The translations under genes were made by a program, and so were the position numbers. The notes below the pieces were generated by a model, which saw nothing but the letters and a program-made list of their open reading frames with translations, ran no database searches and was not told where the DNA came from. 64,000 nt of DNA from Octopus vulgaris (lineage: Eukaryota): contig OX597838.1 in NCBI GenBank assembly GCA_951406725.2, positions 42,160,001-42,224,000 on the forward strand, written 5' to 3'. Below, one piece after another: positions 52,941 through 64,000 of the stretch; the first letter of the stretch is position 1, and each line of letters starts with the position of its first letter.

Positions 52941-53108
52941 CTTTGTTGTGTCTGGCTGTCTTCAAATTTATTTGGAATAATCTGTAGCATGCTCTTCATT
53001 TTCTTGAGCAGAATTGGTTCACCTTTGAAGAACACACTGTAAGTTTGCAAATCATCAACTTCACTAGCTTTGATGCTATGTAAGCGGACCATTTCTTGTG
53101 TAATCAGA
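52941..53108 (-). CDS. ETNK1: Ethanolamine kinase exon
   Basis: LITQEMVRLHSIKASEVDDLQTYSVFFKGEPILLKKMKSMLQIIPNKFEDSQTQQ(R); 168 bp, phase 2->2 (read manually). Confidence 0.9.
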
Positions 53109-55280
53109 CTGATTATGAGAGAAGTCGATAAGAAATAAAATATTAGATAAATGCAAAATGATTAAAATGGTGGTGTAGGAATCTGGAAATAGATAAATAT
53201 GGTGCATCCATTTAATACATATTTTTCCTATACACACACGTCTGGTAAAATCAGTACATTAATTATAAGTACACACACACACACACATAGTACAATAGAC
53301 TAAGAGGTGTGGTTCAATTAGTGACATAGGGACTTTATAATTAAATAGTTGGCAGCATGAGTGTTACTTACTTCTGCCATTTTCTACCTATGGCGCATCA
53401 ACCACTTTTCTCTACAATTCTCAACTCTGTGTCATTCTCTGAAGGATGGTCTTCCTCTCCAAGCACTCCAAGTTTTTGTATTGTCATTGATGCTTCTGCA
53501 ATTTTGTATTTTTCTAGCTAAGGGTGTTGGCCCTATGCAAACCCATTTTTACCTCTGGGAACAGGTGGTCCATATCTGTCTGACCTCCATCCTTTTCATT
53601 TGTCCAGCATGGGGAAGGGGGCTACCAGGAGCTTGTGCTCTGTTGGCATAGCTCTCAGGGTCATCAAGGCATACAAGTCACCACATCACAATAAGGACTG
53701 AAACATGTGATGGGGCAGAACGAGTGTAAAGTTAAACAAAAATGGGTAGTGAAGCCATATTATACAAAAGGATTCAATAAGGATTTGTTATTTTACCCAG
53801 CACCAGACATAGCAACAACCTACGTACATTTTTCTGTTTGGACAGACCAACCTCCACACAAAATCACTCAGTAAATGATTCCTTAAGAAAACCATTCCTC
53901 TCCTGCATCTATGCCCATCTGTGTTTATAATTTCACTTGTAAAAGAGCATTGAAATGCTCAATAGTCCACATCTGCAATGGAAATGTGTAGAATCTATTG
54001 AATTCCACAATATGGTTTCCTGTAAGTGTTCCAGCAGATATCTCCAATCCTCCATGAAGACAAACCAAAGGTGATGCTTCTGCTACATGTCATGCTTAAC
54101 ACGGTTGTTGCTGATGTTTGTTTGTTTGTTTTATTGTTTCAAGAAACAGGTGAAGAGGATTCTTTGATTTTATTGAGAGAGAAAAAATGGTGAGCCGACA
54201 GAACCATTAGCATGTGGGACAAAATGCTTAGCAGCATTTCTTGATGTTTTGAGTTCAAATTCTGCTGAGGTTCATTTTGCCTTTTATCCTTTCAGGGTCG
54301 ATAAAATAAAAACCAGTTGAACAAAATTTCAGGTTGTGTACCTTTAGTGGAAAGAATTAGTAATGGGAGGAGGTAGAGGGGGAAGTTCATGAAGAATGCA
54401 GTTCCTCGCAACTTGTAAGATCAATGCGAACGGAATATTTCTTCTGTAGATGGATATCTGTCATTGAAACATGGCCTGGAAAGGTGGGCTACATGTTTGA
54501 AATTCTAAAAAGGACGAGCTACTTTCAACATGTCAGTACGTAAAAATGGGCTGAGTTTCAATATGTATTCATTTAATTTCAAGATGTGTCTTGTCCAAAG
54601 GTAGTTTTAGTCTAAAATACTATATCATTAACTGAAATTTAAAGTCAGCTGTCAAGAAAAGATGTTCAACTGAAAATAGATGAAACCCTTTCGTTTCTGT
54701 CTGTTTTATTCCTCACAAACCATTGCTACTTTTTATGTCAGTTTTATTGGTGGGGGAAAAGGGGAAAATCTATGAATAATGCAATGTTTTTATAGTAATT
54801 TAAAGCTAATGTTGGAACGATGCGCGTCTATCAGTATAAACCACTGATAAAACTGTATGTGCATAAATAAGTTGAGTAGAATGACACGAGTGAATTTATG
54901 GATAAGAGAAGGCTGTTGTATGGTGCCTGACCTAATAAGGTCAGAAGTGGGACAATATGGATACAATTTTGCCTATTCAGAAGAAAGTTTCGAGATTTCC
55001 AAAAAATTAACCCAAAATTACTAAAATCAATGACCAGTAGATCAATAGCTCATCAATTCAATAAAGAAATAGCAAAGAAAAGAATTTAAACTTATTTTTT
55101 GGAAAAGTCAATAAGCTTATATTATAAAAGAGAAGAAGATCGCTGTCTGTCTGTCACAATATTTGATAAAAGGAGGGAAAGAAGGAGAGGAATCAAAACA
55201 TGTCACGACATATTTTTAGAAGAAAGGGAGGAGAAAATGTTGTTGTTGAGAGAAAAATACAGTGAGAGAGAGTGTATGAA

Positions 55281-55365
<85 letters not shown>

Positions 55366-55392
55366 TAGACAGATAGATAGATAGACAGATAG
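55281..55392. repeat. (GATA)n/(GACA)n array
   Basis: Seen directly. Confidence 0.95.
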
Positions 55393-56417
55393 TGTTATCA
55401 CCATAGTAACTAAATTTTGATTAAAAATACAGGAATTCTAAGTGCAAGTCTGTCAACACAATGCAATAGCTTCAAAAAAAGACTATATGTATATGTATAT
55501 ATTTTTTGTTGTTGTTTTTGTGTGTGTGTGCATGTATTTCTATGTCTTTCAACATATAGACAATGCAATACAGATTTCAAAAAAAGACTTTCACTTTGAA
55601 CAATTTTTTGAAGCTATGTGCAGAATCAATAAATCATTTTTACCAGCAGTGTAATGACAGCAATGACCTAGTTTATATAATTTCAACACCCATGAGATTC
55701 AAAAACATTTTTTTACGTTCAGATGTACTGAAGCTTCAGTAAAACACAAAAAAAAAACAGAAAAGTTTCCTCTTTATGGCACTTTTCTACTTTTTTGTGT
55801 TTTATTCTGAATTTTGACCAAAAGTATTTCAGTTGCAATCATACAATTAATGGAATTTTCTATGATTTTCCTGCCAAAATATGGTCATGAATATAGAAAG
55901 GTGAAACAATCAGTGCAGAGGATGGGAGAGGTTCCTGAAAATACAGACAAACACAGTATTCTTGGTTGCTGCTTGACCTTGGGTTAAAAGGATCATTTTA
56001 TCTACAATGTATTGCTCCAAGAATAGGCACAGCACATTCTTAATTCTCACCTCTTGTCACACAATGTTTGGTAAGTGTTGTAGTCATCATAATGTTCATG
56101 TAAAGATACTCACATCAAAAATCCAAAAAGGATTTGGTTTTAATATGGGTAAAAACATGCAGCCAAAACCATCCAAATCAAATAACCAAAATATCGAGAG
56201 AATATCAAGCCAAGGTTCAACATGGTCGTTCCATACTTGACATATTCCTGCCTTCTGTCTTCTCTTTTACTCTTTTTCAACCAGTTGTAGTGCACCTAAG
56301 CACTACAGGTAATAGACATATCACTATTGGCAGAACCGTTAGCATGCTGGGCAAAATGCTTCGTGACATCTTGTCCATTTTTATGCTCAGAGTTCAAATA
56401 CCACCAAGGTCAACTAT

Positions 56418-57417
56418 TGTGGCAAGAGTCATTGACACCCCTAGGGGATTGGAAGAACGGACTTGCCAAACTCTTATAAAGAGTAACAACAAGAGGTGGG
56501 TAGAAGTTGTCATAAGAGTCAGTGTGTTAGTTCCGCATTGAACTCACACTGAACCCGTAAGTTGCCGTTAAGGGCAGTTATTTGAATTACTGTGTGTTGG
56601 TCCCATCGCTAGAATGTGGTAAGGGTTTGATTCCCATGCTCACAATATATCAGATGCAGCTGTGTTAATCAGCAAGAGGAGATGTCTTCTTGGGGTTAAA
56701 AAATCGCAGTGAAGTCCTTTCGACTGAAAAACAAGAGAGCTAACAAGAAACAAGAATGCTGTGCGCAAAAAATGAACCATACTGCCTAAGAGTTGGGTAA
56801 CAATTACATTACAACATCTGGCGATGAATTGGCAAGGATATAAAAGTGGCTACGACATATTTGAAGCTTGTGTTGGACGTTAAAATTTTTTTTGATACAA
56901 AATCAAAGAAAAAAATCATTAACATGGAAGATTTATTGGCTTGCATGATGCAGCTGCAACAACAGCAGCAACAACAATACCAACAGTTACTGGAAGAAGT
57001 CTAAAAATACTTCAGGTTCATTCTTGTCAGACGGCGTAGCAAACTCAATTGGAGAATTTATTTATAACCCAGAAGGTACTACTTATTCTGCATATTTTAG
57101 AAGATACAAAGAAATCTTCAAAGAAGAATGTAAAAATTGGAATGACGTGAAGGTGCGACTACTTTTAAGAAAGTTATCCCCTGCCGAACACGAAAAATAC
57201 TATAATTATATTCTGCTGAAAACCAGGTGAAATTTGTTTCAAAGAAACAATTAATTTGTTATCGAGAATTTTCAGGGAAAGAAGTTTGCTGTTCAATACT
57301 CGTTGGCAATGTTTAAATTTAATTAAAAAAGATGATGAAGATTTTGTCACCTATGCTGGGGTCGTTAACAGAGAGAGTGAAAAATTCAAATTAAATGAAT
57401 TAATCCTGGATTTGTTC
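56418..57417 (+). mobile_element. Truncated Ty3/Gypsy LTR retrotransposon: 5' LTR, PBS and partial gag
   Basis: TGT at 56418 ... ACAACA at 56816, then TGGCGATGA (PBS-like) at 56819; gag-like MEDLL..QQQQ, EFIYNPEGTTYSAYFRRY..KVRLLLRKLSPAEHEKY, SLLFNTRWQCLNL..TYAGVVNRE, with stops. Confidence 0.8.
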
Positions 57418-57937
57418 AGTACAAAATAAATAAGCATATTTTAGGGGAGGTCATAGGAAGATTGGACGTAGAGATTGGGAAGGGGGGAGAGGTGGAGGAG
57501 GAGAGACGTGTGTGATGGTGGTGGTGAGTGTGTGTGCGTGTGTGTGTGTGTTTGCTTACATTTGTGCTTATCTGGAAATGGTTGAGCCACAAGCAGTGAC
57601 TGTGCTGAAATTTCTTCAGACCCCAAATTGTCTGCTGGCTTTGCACCTTCAAAGACAGGTGAAATAAGAGATTGACTTACTTGAAAAACAAGAAAAGATC
57701 AGAGACAGGAAGGGCATACAGTTGCCTCGATAAATATGTCTAACCCATTCTGGTATGGAAAAACAGACGTAAAAACGACCAAACTGCATGAGGTGACAAG
57801 GGGAGGAGGGGGAAAAGCTTGCACTTGCACACACACACACACACCAATAGAGTGGAATGGTTGACCAATTCAAGAAGTAGGTTAAGAGACACTTTAAACT
57901 GATTTCTCACTTGATAAAAAGGGATTTTTGTTCTTAC

Positions 57938-58197
57938 CCGCTAATTTTTGGATCACACACTTCATGTACGTTGATGGGCCGTCCCTGTTGATAACCGTAA
58001 CACATACCATTGCTGAAGCAGCAGTAAACGTCTGGAGCCATACCTTTTGAATTCAGGAGGGTCATGGATAAATACTCTAATTTGCGGTCAATAAGAAGCT
58101 CGGTGTTTTTCCCATAGAGGCGAACAAGGACCATGTCATTGTGTGAATCATTTTGGTAGCAACCCACCAACTGATTGGTAATTCCTTCACTGAAAAC
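57938..58197 (-). CDS. ETNK1: Ethanolamine kinase (ETNK1/2-like), first visible coding exon; the N-terminal exon was not found in the window
   Basis: VFSEGITNQLVGCY...VLVRLYGKNTELLIDRKLE...CFSNGMCYGY, typical ETNK N-lobe motifs; 260 bp, AG/GT bounded. Confidence 0.93.
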
Positions 58198-59376
58198 CTG
58201 CCAACACAACAAAAAAAAAAAATTAATTAATAATAATATACTAAAAACATACAATGCAATTCATAGATTAACATCACATGTGAGAGTCTGGTTAGGGAGT
58301 TTGCTTACCAACCACATGGTTTTGGGTTCAGTCCCATTGCATGGCACCTTGGGCAAATGTCTTCTACTACAGCTACAAGATGACCAAAGCTTAGTGAGTG
58401 GATTTGGTTGATGGAAACTGAAAGAAGCCTGTTGTATATGTGTGTGCATGCATGTGTGTGTGTGTGTGTGTGTGTGCATGCTTGCATGTGTGTGTGTATG
58501 TGTGTGTGTATGTGTATTTGTGTTTCTTTGTCTTGACATTGCATGATTCTTGTAAACGAGTGTCATTAATGTCCAATCTTCCACAAAAACATGTCTGGCC
58601 ATGAAGAAAACATAATGTGACAGGAAGGGGCATCGTGTCACAGAAAATCTGCCTAAGTAAGCTCCATCTAACCCATGCAAGCATGGAAAAGTGGATGTTA
58701 AAACAATGATGATGAAATGTCTAGCTGACATCAATGAGCAAGACCAAGGGTGAGCACATTTTTTGGCCGTGGACTGAATTGGAAATGCTTTTATGCCAGG
58801 CCGGGGTGAATAAAAATGAACAATAAACATGCACCAGCAGTTTGTTTGGTTATTTATTGTTGTACTTTTTAACTGTCACCTGTTGTAATAAAGGAATCAA
58901 TACAAATTTAGTGAGTTAACAAAAAACTAATGTCATATTTAACATGGCAAAGAGTTTATGGGTCAAGATGAATGATTGCAGTGATTGTGATATCAGACAG
59001 TGTGGGTTGCCTTCGTAGACATGTCGATATTTTCTGTCACCCTCTCCTTTCTTAGAATTGATTAAGCAATGCAAATCACATCACAACAACGTAAGAGACA
59101 TACCTGGCGCTTTGTTGCTCTGTTTGTTTAGGAAGGTGAATGCGTTGACTACCTTATAAACATGAGAAAGTTTTACCAAGTCAAGGAACCTCATGCTTAT
59201 ATATTTTTGGTTTTTGCATAAAACATTGATTTATTTATAGACATTGCAAAAATAAAACTTGTTTGAATTTGTTTCATTGTTCACCGTTTCCTCTTTATAA
59301 CTCTTTTATTGGTCACTTTTCTCTCTTTTCCAGTTTTGGTCTGTGAACTGCACATATATATATGCATATATATATA

Positions 59377-59787
59377 GGATCTTTTCGGTTTGAACGGCAG
59401 TTTTTAACATAATTTCTAGGTAACTAAAAAATTTTAAACTTCGTATACTGGTAGAAAGTGTTTATAAAACATCTTTTTCTCTTGGCTTTATTGAGAAAAT
59501 TCTATAGTTTGTAAGATATTTGTTGTTTTTTGTCTTCATTTTCTGCAATTTCAACCAATCACTGACGTCTATTGAGGTAAAAAACATTCTGTGCCGTATG
59601 AATATGTCCCTCGTTTAAGAAACAGATTGGGTTTATTTACATTTGTGAAGAAAAAAAGATAACCCTTCCCCTAACCCTAACCCTAAAAGAGATTGAAATG
59701 CAATAGATCGATTCTAGGGTCATAATTATGGGTGACAATTTCATATGACACCGCTAGAAAAAACTGCTGTTTAAGCCAAAAAGATCC
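59377..59787. mobile_element. MITE with about 30-bp TIRs in a TA context
   Basis: GGATCTTTTCGGTTTGAACGGCAGTTTTT ... AAAAACTGCTGTTTAAGCCAAAAAGATCC; internal (CCCTAA)3. Confidence 0.8.
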
Positions 59788-59794
59788 AATATAT

Positions 59795-60880
59795 ATAATA
59801 ATGAACTTATTGTATACAGTGTTCAGGTGCAGCACAACTCATGAGCAAAAGTAACCAAAAGTGCATGAACAGAATAATTAGAATAATGCAGAGGAAGTGA
59901 GTCATTTAAGGAAATGACAAGAAAAGAAGCGGGCGGCAGGTGTTGGCAGATTTCAAGAAGCAAGGAAGTTTTGAAGGATGTAGTGTCTTGATGGCTAACA
60001 ACTAATGCAGGTAGTTTGCTCCCTGCTTCAGCAATTCTGAGTATCAAAGAATGTTTCTGAAAGTCATGGGTACTGTGTTTTTTCTGGGTTTGTAAACATG
60101 TCTATGAGTGTTAAACATACAGAATATAAAAAAAGGGTCCAAGATTGTTGTTGGAAAGATGGTGGATAAAATAGTGGGTGTCATTAAAGTTCTGCCTAAA
60201 TGGCAGAGCCTTAATGTGTCTCAGCCCAGGGAAGCAAGACATTTAAAGTATAGTTGATGGTGGATCTCCATTTGGTTGCATGTTTCTGAACAATTTGCAG
60301 GAGATTTGATATGCTGAGTAAGATAGGAGTTCCAGACTCTAAATGTAAACAGACTATCACCATATACAGCTTTAAATTAAATATCTGGAAAGCAGCTGAG
60401 TGATGCCTTTTTGACAATCTTAGAGATGTGGTTTGTCCTATGTCCAGGTCACAAGATGTCATAAGAATGGTGTTGTTGAAGGTGTATGTAAAAGTAAGGT
60501 TTTCTCCCCTAAAAAATGCTTGGTGGTGCACTTGTCTCCAGCCAGCTTGAGTTGCCAGTCAGGAATCCATTGTGTCCAGGTGTGAGGAAAGGTCTACAGC
60601 ATATAGGATCAGTTCTTTTTATTTCAAGGTACAGTGTAATATCATCTGTGTATTTCAACACTGTAACATTCTTCTTCAAGTTGGCCTATATGGCATTAAT
60701 ATACGCAACAAACAACAGGAGTCTAGGAACAGATCCCTATCGTACACCAGATCTCATCTCATAGGGTGAAGAATGCCATCCTAGAACCTATCACATTAAC
60801 AATGTAATTTTAAAAAAAGTGGAGGGCATGATTATAAAGTCAGAAAGTTAAATATTTTTTGCTGATTTATCCATATAAAG
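59795..60880 (-). mobile_element. Decayed copy related to the same LINE, including its 3' UTR and tail
   Basis: 3' end ttattgtatacagtg.tcaggtgca.cacaac shared with 36509; degenerate RT sequence to about 60790. Confidence 0.88.
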
Positions 60881-61406
60881 TTCTAACAAACTGTCATACT
60901 TTTGGGAGTCGATAAAATAAAAGACCAGCTGGGGACTAAAGTTGATGAAATTGACTACCCTGTCCCCTAAACAATTTCAGGCCTTGCACCTGTCACAGAA
61001 AGGATCATCATCATTATTTCAAGTCCCTTTTCCATGCTGGCAAAGGTTGAATAGGTTGACATGAACCAAGTCAGTTTCCATTCAGATTTACTGCTCCCCC
61101 ACACAAGTTACGACCATATTTGGTTTGTACGTTCCATTTTTAGTAGGTTTTTTTATCACAGGATTTCCTTCTTATTCTTAAACATTTTACAGAATGTACT
61201 CAGTGCACACACAAAGATACACACACAAAGATACACACACATGCATAAATATGATTACGATGATATATATATATATATATATATATATAAAGCAATAAAG
61301 ATTCAAGTTAATTTAAATGAATTTACTTGAATATGGTAGCTAACTTAGATGCACCAAAAAAAAACTATACTGTTTTAACAATACAATAATGTGGGGTGAT
61401 TATAAG

Positions 61407-61708
61407 CGAGAAAGAAGCAACAAGAATGGATAGGTTTTTAGTACAATCGTTTCATACAAGGACAGGCTTTATTAAAAGTTGCAAAATTACAGCATATAAA
61501 CGTGTCCTGTACTCATCAGCTAAAATACATGTGAGTTCTCTAGACATCCTATTGGTTGTCCAATAGGATGTCTAGAGAACTCACATGTATTTTAGCTGAT
61601 GAGTACAGGACACGTTTATATGCTGTAATTTTTGCAACTTTTAATAAAGCCTGTCCTTGTATGAAACGATTGTACTAAAAACCTATCCATTCTTGTTGCT
61701 TCTTTCTC

Positions 61709-61709
<1 letters not shown>
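61407..61709. repeat. Near-perfect 303-bp palindrome (149/150-bp arms, 4-nt loop), probably Penelope-derived
   Basis: 61407-61555 is the reverse complement of 61560-61709 apart from one T indel; (TA)n lies on both sides of the element. Confidence 0.95.
61590..61680 (+). ncRNA. Type I hammerhead ribozyme motif (mirror copy on the minus strand at about 61436-61525)
   Basis: Stem I TTTTAG/CTAAAA; CTGATGA 61596-61602; stem II GTACAGGACA/TGTCCTTGTAT; GAAA 61663-66; C-GATT-G; GUA cleavage triplet 61672-74. Confidence 0.75.
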
Positions 61710-61754
<45 letters not shown>

Positions 61755-61756
<2 letters not shown>

Positions 61757-62280
61757 AAATCAAAATCATTTCGATGACTGGCATCCGTGCAAGCAGGGTG
61801 CAAAGAGCACCATACGAGTGTGATCGTAGACAGAGCAGCTATTCAAGTATGATCGTTACCAGCGTCGCCTTACTGGCACTCATGCCTGTGCTAGTAGGGT
61901 GCCAAGAGCACCATCCGAGTGTGATCATTGCCAGAGCAGCCAACTGGCTTCCGTACCCGTGGCATGTAAAAGAGCACCATTCAAGCATGATTGTTACCAA
62001 CGTCGCTTCACTGGCACCTGTGCCGGTGGCACGTTTAAAAAAATTCGAGCAAGGTCCATTGCCAGTACTGCCTGACTGGCCGCCGTGCAGGTGGCACGTA
62101 AAAAGCACCCACTACACTCTCGGAGTGGTTGGCGTTAGGAAGGGCATCCAGCTGTAGAAACTCTGCCAGATCAAGACTGGAGCCTGGTGCAGCCCTCTGG
62201 TTCGCCAGCCCTCAGTCAAAATCGTCCAACCCATGCCAGCATGGAAAACGGACGTTAAACGATGATGATGATGATGATGA
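61755..62280 (+). mobile_element. Family A copy with internal tandem sub-repeats
   Basis: Repeated AGAGCACCAT..GAGTGTGATC units, the conserved core and a (GAT)n tail. Confidence 0.78.
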
Positions 62281-63625
62281 GTGTTTGTGGAACCATACAC
62301 ACACACACACTCACGTAATACATACATACTCCCTCGGGCGTTCAAAATCTCCCCTTCTCACCAATGAACCCACCATGCATCGGGTTGTACTGACGTTCGT
62401 GTTGCCTATAGCATTAACGAGCAACCTGACAACCTGTTAATGAGCAGATGGACTGAGGAGAGTCAATGACCCTCAAAGGTGTGACAGATGCATGTGCAAA
62501 TATGCAGCCAAATGCATTTAAATGCACCGAGTTGAAGGTTTGCTCTTATTTCAAGACTTTGGTGTTTGGAGTTGCCAGCATTCTTGTTTTTCTTTATTAT
62601 TTTTCTTTTGTGTCCGTTTCAGTCAACTGACTGTGGCCATGCTGGAGCATCACCTTTTAGTCAAAGAAATCGACCCCTGGACTTATTCTTTGTAAGCCTG
62701 GTGCTTATGCTATCAGTCTCTTCTGCCAAACTGCTAAGTTATGGAGACGTAAACACCAACATTGGTTGTCAAACAATGGCAAGGGGACAAACACATATAT
62801 ACACATAATTATATATATACGGCAGGCTTCTTTCAGTTTCCATCCACCAAATCCACTCACAAGGCTTTGGTTGGCCCAAAGCAATAGAAGATACTTGCCC
62901 AAGGTGCCACGCAGCAGGACTGAACTCAGAACCATGTGGTTGGGAAGCAAGCTTCTTACCACACAGCAACGCCTGTGCCTTGATTATTTTTCTTTTATTT
63001 TTTACTTGTTATCTGCTGCTTTTCAATTTAATGGTTCCAAACAGTCATGGACAAACTGCGGCCCATGGGACTCTCCGAATCGAACACCTAACAAAAAATT
63101 ACCTTTTGTTAGTAATGTGGCTTGCCTGGTGAGGATCCATATCTCATGCAGCCTACTTCTCATGAGAAGTTGCCTATGTCCGATGCAGAAAGTAGGACAG
63201 ATTTCATCTGAATGTTTGATGCACCAGTAATTTTTGTGCAGCATAATTTTTCTTTCTCTTTCCGCTGTAAGTCAATACTTGAACTTCTTGGATTCCACTG
63301 TGACATTCGGAGCATCATGACCAAAGCAATATCCACCACTACCTTCGCAGTTTCCCTACTTGCAAGGACACACATAGACAGGAGCAGTCATGGTTCACCT
63401 GTCATCCTTCGTTGTCGTACAGTCACTGCATGGCATGCGCAGACTTGTTCTTGCTAAACTAGTGTCTTGTCTTCAGTGACATGATGACCCATGACAAGGG
63501 GGACTTCATGAAGAGGGAAAGAAGAAGGGAGATACAAAAGTGGTAATACTCCACAGTGAAACAACAGCCTCTGTACAGATGAGTGATGCATGCATTTATG
63601 CAGTCATACATGCATATCTATGCAT

Positions 63626-63839
63626 AGGAGGGGGTGGGACTGAAAAGTTCCTGGCTTTGGGTAAAAGAAAATACAGGAGGGTCAGTTAATTATGATTTTA
63701 TTCGACATATTCCCTTTTCAGATTCACACACTTCTTGCAGTGGTCCTTCAGTTTTTCTGAGCCCTGTAAACGAACTGGGAAGGTGGGGCCTCCAACCAGG
63801 CCTTTCGCGACACCCAGGAACTTTTCAGTACACCCTCAT
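63626..63839. mobile_element. mariner-type MITE
   Basis: Imperfect TIRs GAGGGGGTGGGACTGAAAAGTTCCTGG ... CCAGGAACTTTTCAGTACACCCTC. Confidence 0.7.
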
Positions 63840-64000
63840 CTAAGTATGCATACACCTATGCTTATATGTATGTATGCAAGCATGGATATAAGTGTATGCG
63901 TGTTAAGGCCTCCCAGAGAAATTTTAGACTGGTTCCTAGCCTTTTGATACCAACCGGTCTGAGATCGCACCTACTTCCATTAAACGAACATTCTGTTTTA

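Noticed and set aside
53300-54700. Possible mariner transposase remnants
   Set aside because: Only a faint resemblance to PDLAP-like and C-terminal motifs; too degenerate to delimit without an alignment.
58198-64000. Search for the first ETNK coding exon
   Set aside because: I found no minus-strand segment with a plausible ETNK N-terminus and phase-0 donor. The donor-like site near 63102 has an unrelated sequence. The exon is probably beyond the window.

Overview
This is AT-rich, repeat-saturated animal (eukaryotic) DNA. The SINE/LINE repertoire and microsatellite density look like an octopus (coleoid cephalopod) genome, which is my inference. I reconstructed two intron-rich minus-strand genes exon by exon using GT-AG sites and phase continuity. 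(1) A complete 17-exon acyl-CoA synthetase short-chain family member 3 (ACSS3)-like gene, CDS 32210->1715, 707 aa, with a mitochondrial-type presequence. (2) An ethanolamine kinase (ETNK1/2-like) gene with 7 coding exons, 58197->45261, whose first exon I could not find in the window. The rest is transposon landscape: one CR1/L2-group LINE with an open 358-aa RT frame plus decayed relatives, RTE remnants, a truncated Ty3/Gypsy element (LTR+PBS+gag), several tRNA-derived SINE families, MITEs, a Helitron and many microsatellites. The most notable signal is a set of short elements embedded in (TA)n, often as long palindromes, that carry type I hammerhead-ribozyme motifs and are probably Penelope-derived. 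One has a canonical core (61590-61680), and others carry the compensatory U3-A8 core change. Also notable is a SINE just upstream of ACSS3 that contains a 113-bp copy of ACSS3 intron 1 in pre-mRNA orientation. All alignments and folds were done by eye, and no database search was run.
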